Part shown: piece by piece, positions 56,001 to 64,000 of the stretch
How positions within the stretch are numbered: the first letter of the stretch is position 1
Layout: every line of letters begins with the position of its first letter
Source of the DNA: Eledone cirrhosa
Lineage: Eukaryota
NCBI GenBank assembly: GCA_964016885.1
Contig: OZ024748.1
Coordinates: forward strand, 23,002,001-23,066,000
Direction of reading: 5' to 3'
Length of the DNA stretch: 64,000 bases
Made by a program: the position numbers and the translations under genes
The notes under the pieces: model-generated
What the model was told of the DNA's origin: nothing
What the model saw: only the letters and a program-made list of their open reading frames with translations
The model's database searches: none

Positions 56001-56183
56001 TGTTTCTACTTTTGGCACAAGGCCAGCAATTTCCCAGTGTATTACTGGTACTTTATTTTATCGACCCCGTAAGGATGAAAGGCAAAGTTAACCTCGGCGG
56101 GATTTGAACTCAGAATGGCAAGGGCCGTAACTCTATGCGTCAAAGCATGGCGTCCGACCCTCTACCGATACTGCCAATTCACT
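56001..56183 (-). mobile_element. SINE family A with TSD
   Basis: 11-bp TSD AAAATAATAAT at 55990-56000 and 56184-56194. Confidence 0.85.
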
Positions 56184-56456
56184 AAAATAATAATAATGGT
56201 ATTACACCTGGCTAATAACAACACATCAAATAATTGTTACACAACAACTTTGATGTCTTCGAAATGTGTATAACAGGATGATGTATTAAACTGTAGATGT
56301 ATACATGATATCGTCTCTTTCTTTTCCATAATGTTGACACCCTGTCTGATACCATATAAGTAATACCTCAAGGTACCCACATCGTTCAGTACCTACGTCT
56401 GTTTAAACAGCAGTCGGTCGATTGTTTGATCAACTAACACTAATTTACTTGGAATG

Positions 56457-56507
<51 letters not shown>

Positions 56508-56611
56508 CATGCCCTCATAAATCGTTGTGGTGTTGCGGAGGCACTGTCATACAGCGTGTCTAGGGCGCTTTTAAACCTGGCGGATCACAAACCTCTCCAG
56601 GTCTGAACACT

Positions 56612-59536
<2,925 letters not shown>

Positions 59537-59555
59537 GTATATACATATATATATG

Positions 59556-59601
<46 letters not shown>

Positions 59602-59622
59602 CATATATATATATATATATAT

Positions 59623-59838
59623 GAAGGCGTGTGGCTGAATGGTTAGAGAATTGGATTCACAATCTTGAGGTTGTGAGTTCGATTCCTGGACCGGGCGATA
59701 CGTTATGTCCTTGAGCAAGACACTTTATTTCACGTTGCTCCTTCTACCTGGAGTTGCGACCGATAGATAGTACTAGCAACTGGAAAGACCAACGGAAACA
59801 TTGTTTCCTCGGTCCGATTTGACGAAAGTCGATCGATC

Positions 59839-59842
<4 letters not shown>
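59623..59842 (+). mobile_element. tRNA-derived SINE family B in (TA)n
   Basis: A and B boxes; homologous to 41224-41438. Confidence 0.85.
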
Positions 59843-59883
<41 letters not shown>

Positions 59884-60468
59884 GTGTTTGTGAATGTATG
59901 TGTACGTGTGTGTTTGGAATTCTTTTGATCAAATGGTGGACTGCGGTGGCAACAGTTAGATAATAGAAACACCTAGAAAATTGTGGGAAATGAAAATTGC
60001 AATGTTTCGGACACTGGTCCTTTTTTTGGAAAGAAATACTGTAGAGCTGAAAGACGATTGAGGGGGGGGGGGAGATTGAAGATTAATGAGGTATAGTATT
60101 TGAATGGAGAGATAGATAGAGAGAGAGAAATTGATAGATAGCTAGAATAAAAGAGAGTGAGAGAGAAAGGGAGAAAGTGAAAGAGAAAGAGAGAGACAGA
60201 GAGTGAGAAAGAGAGAGAGGGAGAGAGAGAGAGAACAGTGAGAGTAGCTCTGAATTGGGAGGAAGTAAAAGGAGAAAAAGGAATGGTAAAAATGTGTAAC
60301 AGGAACCAAGTCAAATGGAAAGAGAAGGCTAGAGTTCGGGTGAAGTGAATTAAGTAAAAGAATGAAAATTGAGGGTGAACATAGATATACATAGTTATTT
60401 ATGGGAAATTTTAATAACATTTTTGTTCATTACTCGATAAAGTGTTGGAGAATAGATCGTGATTATAG

Positions 60469-60566
<98 letters not shown>

Positions 60567-61428
60567 ACACACATATATATATATATGTTTGTGGAATAAA
60601 AAAGATATGTATTGCTATATAACGTTTTTATATTCTATCTATAGTCACCATCTTTATCCTCTGACACTTTGCCGAGGAATAGATAAAGATCTAATTTAAA
60701 CTTTAATTAAACTTTAATTAAACTTTCATTTAAACAACCATTAAAAGAGATGAGTAACTTGATGCATTCAGAATATTTATACATACGCAATGATAATCGT
60801 ACTAACATACTCATTTTCAGCCTACAACACCGTTCCCGCTAAAATTAACATGGCGTCGCTTAGAATGTCGAAAACAAAGAATTTAATCTATAGGAGATGG
60901 CACCATGTAGCCCAGTGGTTCACAAAGTGGGGGTGACCGATCTCTCGGGACACTGGGAAACATAAAAGGGGTTAGAGGAAGGTGAGTGAATGGTAGAGGG
61001 AGTCATTTACACACAAGGAGTGGTGAGAAAGGAAGGGAACAACAACAAAAAAAAAAAAATGTAGAACAACAGTTGCCTGTAAAACTGTCATCTTTAGTTA
61101 TTCAATAAATATAATAGTAAATAACAAAATTAAATTTTCAGTGTATAATTGTTTGGAGAAATTTACTAGGTGGAGAGGGATGCTGATGAAATATATTTTC
61201 TAAAATGAGGGCGGTAGTCATAAAATGCACCGGAAACTTTAATATTGGAGGTCCCCCCCCCCCCATCTGACTATTTTCTCCTACCTACTTTTGACTGTTA
61301 TGGTTGGCTGTTAGCTGCAAACTTGTCTTCTTTTATAGATTGATCCATTGACAAAATGTTAGAAATACGATAGTATGGAATTGCATAAGACATTTGATAA
61401 CTATACTTTACATAATTGAATAAATCTA

Positions 61429-61478
<50 letters not shown>

Positions 61479-61507
61479 CCTATCTATCTATCTATCTATC
61501 TATCTAT

Positions 61508-61579
<72 letters not shown>

Positions 61580-61584
<5 letters not shown>

Positions 61585-61950
61585 ATATACTTGGGGAGGG
61601 TCATATTGTAATAATATTGTATGTCTACGCCATACAATACAACACGAGGAAACATAATAGTACCACTGATGATGTTGCAGATGTGCACCGAAAGAACTTT
61701 GATAGACTATATATAGTATTGTAAAGTATATATATTTATATCTGTATTTTTAGCCGTTGATCAGTCAATGATAAACATTGATGGCCAAATGAATTAACTA
61801 TGGAGATATAAATGATACAGAAGAGAAAACCAACCAAACAGTGAGTGTGTTCTGTTATTATTTCTGGCAATATTATTACAACAATATGACCCTCCCCAAG
61901 TATAACAATATTTGTTTCGACACACGATTTCATATAAAAAACCTTGCAAA
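61580..61950. repeat. Dispersed repeat family D with inverted ends (TATTGTTATACTTGGGGAGGG)
   Basis: Inverted termini at about 61580 and 61910; related copies at 26022-26365 and 29657-29990. Confidence 0.65.
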
Positions 61951-62095
61951 ACAAATATATATATACTGATGTAAAGGTTAAGTGGAAATATCCAAGAGTA
62001 AGAGCTCTCACTCCATAGGACTGTATCATAATGAAATTTAACAAAAGTTTAAAACATAGATACCTGATAACAATCACACACACACACGCACACGC

Positions 62096-62142
<47 letters not shown>

Positions 62143-62144
<2 letters not shown>

Positions 62145-62337
62145 GGAACGAGTGGGACCCCGACGGCTGAGCTCAAGCCGTTTCGACGGCTAATTCTGGA
62201 CGTCCAGAATTAGCCGTTGAAACGGCTTGAGATCAGCCGTCGGGGTCCCACTCGTTCCTATTACCCACTCTACTATCCTAGGTATTGAGTTCTTTGGTGC
62301 GTTATGGTCCACCTGGTTCCTTACCACATTTCCTTCG

Positions 62338-62340
<3 letters not shown>
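62143..62340 (+). mobile_element. Fold-back element (same family as 8452-8642)
   Basis: Palindrome at 62143-62260 centred on GGACGTCC; (TA)n on both sides. Confidence 0.75.
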
Positions 62341-62422
<82 letters not shown>

Positions 62423-62534
62423 TTTTACCTTTTAAACAAGAGCTTTATTCATTATAGTACTCGATATTGTGATGGTAGAGAGTAAATATTTTAGAGGAAT
62501 TTGCTGTCTAAACGGCAAGAGCTCAGCCGCTCAG

Positions 62535-64000
62535 CACCACTATTACCACCATCGCCACCGCTACCACTACCACCATCATCACAACCACTACCACTACCAC
62601 CACCACCACGTTCACCACGTTCACCACTGCCACCACCATCACCACCACCACTGCCACGACCACCACTACGATCACCACCACCTTCACCACCTTCACCACT
62701 GCCAACACCATCATCACCACCACTGCCACCTTCACCACCACCATCACCACCACCACCACCACCACCACTACGACCACCACCACCTTCCCCACCTTCACCA
62801 CCACCACCATCACCACCACCACCACCACCACCACTACCACCACCACCACTACGACCACCACCACCTTCACCACCACCACCATCACCACCACCACCACTAC
62901 TACCACCACCACCACCACCACCATCACCACCACCACTACTACCACCACCACCACCACCACCACCATCACCACCACCACCATCACCACCACCACCACTACT
63001 ACCACCACCACCACCACCACCACCACCATCACCACCACCACCACTACTACCACCACCACCACCACCATCACCACCACCACCACTACCACCACCACCACCA
63101 CCACCACCACCACCACCACCACCACCACCACCACCACCACCACCACCACCACCACTACAACCACCACCACCACCACCACTTCGGAAGTGCCATCAGCGAG
63201 TCAATAGTGATGGTTGGAGTTGCTGCAGTAGTTAGCCTGCTGTATCCAGTAGCAACAACAGCAACAACAGCAACACCAGCAGTAACAGCAACAACAGCAG
63301 CAGAAGCAGCAACAGCAGCAGAAACAGCAGCAATAGCAACAGAAACAATACCAACAACAGCAGCAACAACAGCAGCAACAACAGGGATATCAACGACAGC
63401 AATAGCAACAGAAACAACAACAGCAGCAGCAGCAGCAGCAGCAGCATTAGCAGCAACAGCAGCAACAACAGCAACATCAGCAGCGACAACAGCAGCACCA
63501 ACGGCGGCAGCAACAACACCAACAGCAGCAGTAGCAGCAAACTAGAGTTACAGAAGAGAGTGCAGAGCTAAAATGTAATGGTGCTGCTACTACTGATGCG
63601 GCTGTTACAGCTACTGGCACTGCTGCTGTTGCTGCAGTTGTTACTGCTGCAGTTGTTACTGCTGCTGTTTCTGCTGTTGTTGCTGCTGTTGCTGTTGTTA
63701 CTGCTGCTGTAATGCAGGCCAACTTTAGCTCTGTGCACTTTTAAAGTGCAGCAGAACTAGCGTAGACATTACATAGAAGCATGTACTGCATTTCTCATGC
63801 TGTTGTTGACAGGTTGGTGGTGTTGGTGGTGGTGGTGGTGGTGTTGGTGGTGTTGGTGGTGGTGGTGGTGGTGTTGGTGGTGGTGGTGTTGGTGGTGTTG
63901 GTGGTGGTGGTGGTGTTGGTGGTGTTGGTGGTGGTGGTGTTGGTGGTGGTGTTGGTGGTTTTAGTGGTGGTGTTGGTGGTGGTGGTGGTGTTGGTGGTGT
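62535..64000. repeat. (CCA)n, (CAG/CAA)n, (CTG)n and (GGT)n microsatellite tracts
   Basis: Direct reading. Confidence 0.9.

Noticed and set aside
60913-61230. hAT/Charlie-like MITE starting CAGTGGTTCACAAAGTGGGG
   Set aside because: No matching right TIR or TSD could be identified.
62469-63722. His-rich, Pro-rich or mucin-like protein
   Set aside because: (CCA)n and (CAG/CAA)n tracts; no splice or domain evidence. A low-complexity exon cannot be fully excluded without RNA-seq.

Overview
Eukaryotic, AT-rich, extremely microsatellite-dense genomic DNA with no recognisable host gene. The SINE families and repeat landscape resemble a coleoid cephalopod (octopus); this is inference. Nearly all predicted ORFs are translations of simple repeats. 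The real coding content is retrotransposon-derived: a near full-length R4/Dong-type LINE with RT and restriction-like endonuclease (13.4-17.5 kb, minus), a near full-length Tx1/L1-type LINE (49.0-54.5 kb, plus), and several truncated R4/Dong and RTE fragments. Around these lie many tRNA-derived SINEs, Penelope-like relics with type I hammerhead ribozyme motifs and fold-back junctions, MITE-like elements, and tandem arrays (18/20, ~34, 97 and 615 bp units). The most notable pattern is that each retroelement class sits in its own simple-repeat target: R4-like LINEs and a 606-bp element in (CATA)n, a SINE whose target-site duplications all begin ATTAT, a Dong-like LINE with an (AAT)n tail, a Tx1-like LINE with an (ATT)n tail, and Penelope-like pieces at (TA)n. 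Coordinates were read by eye and may be off by a few bases.
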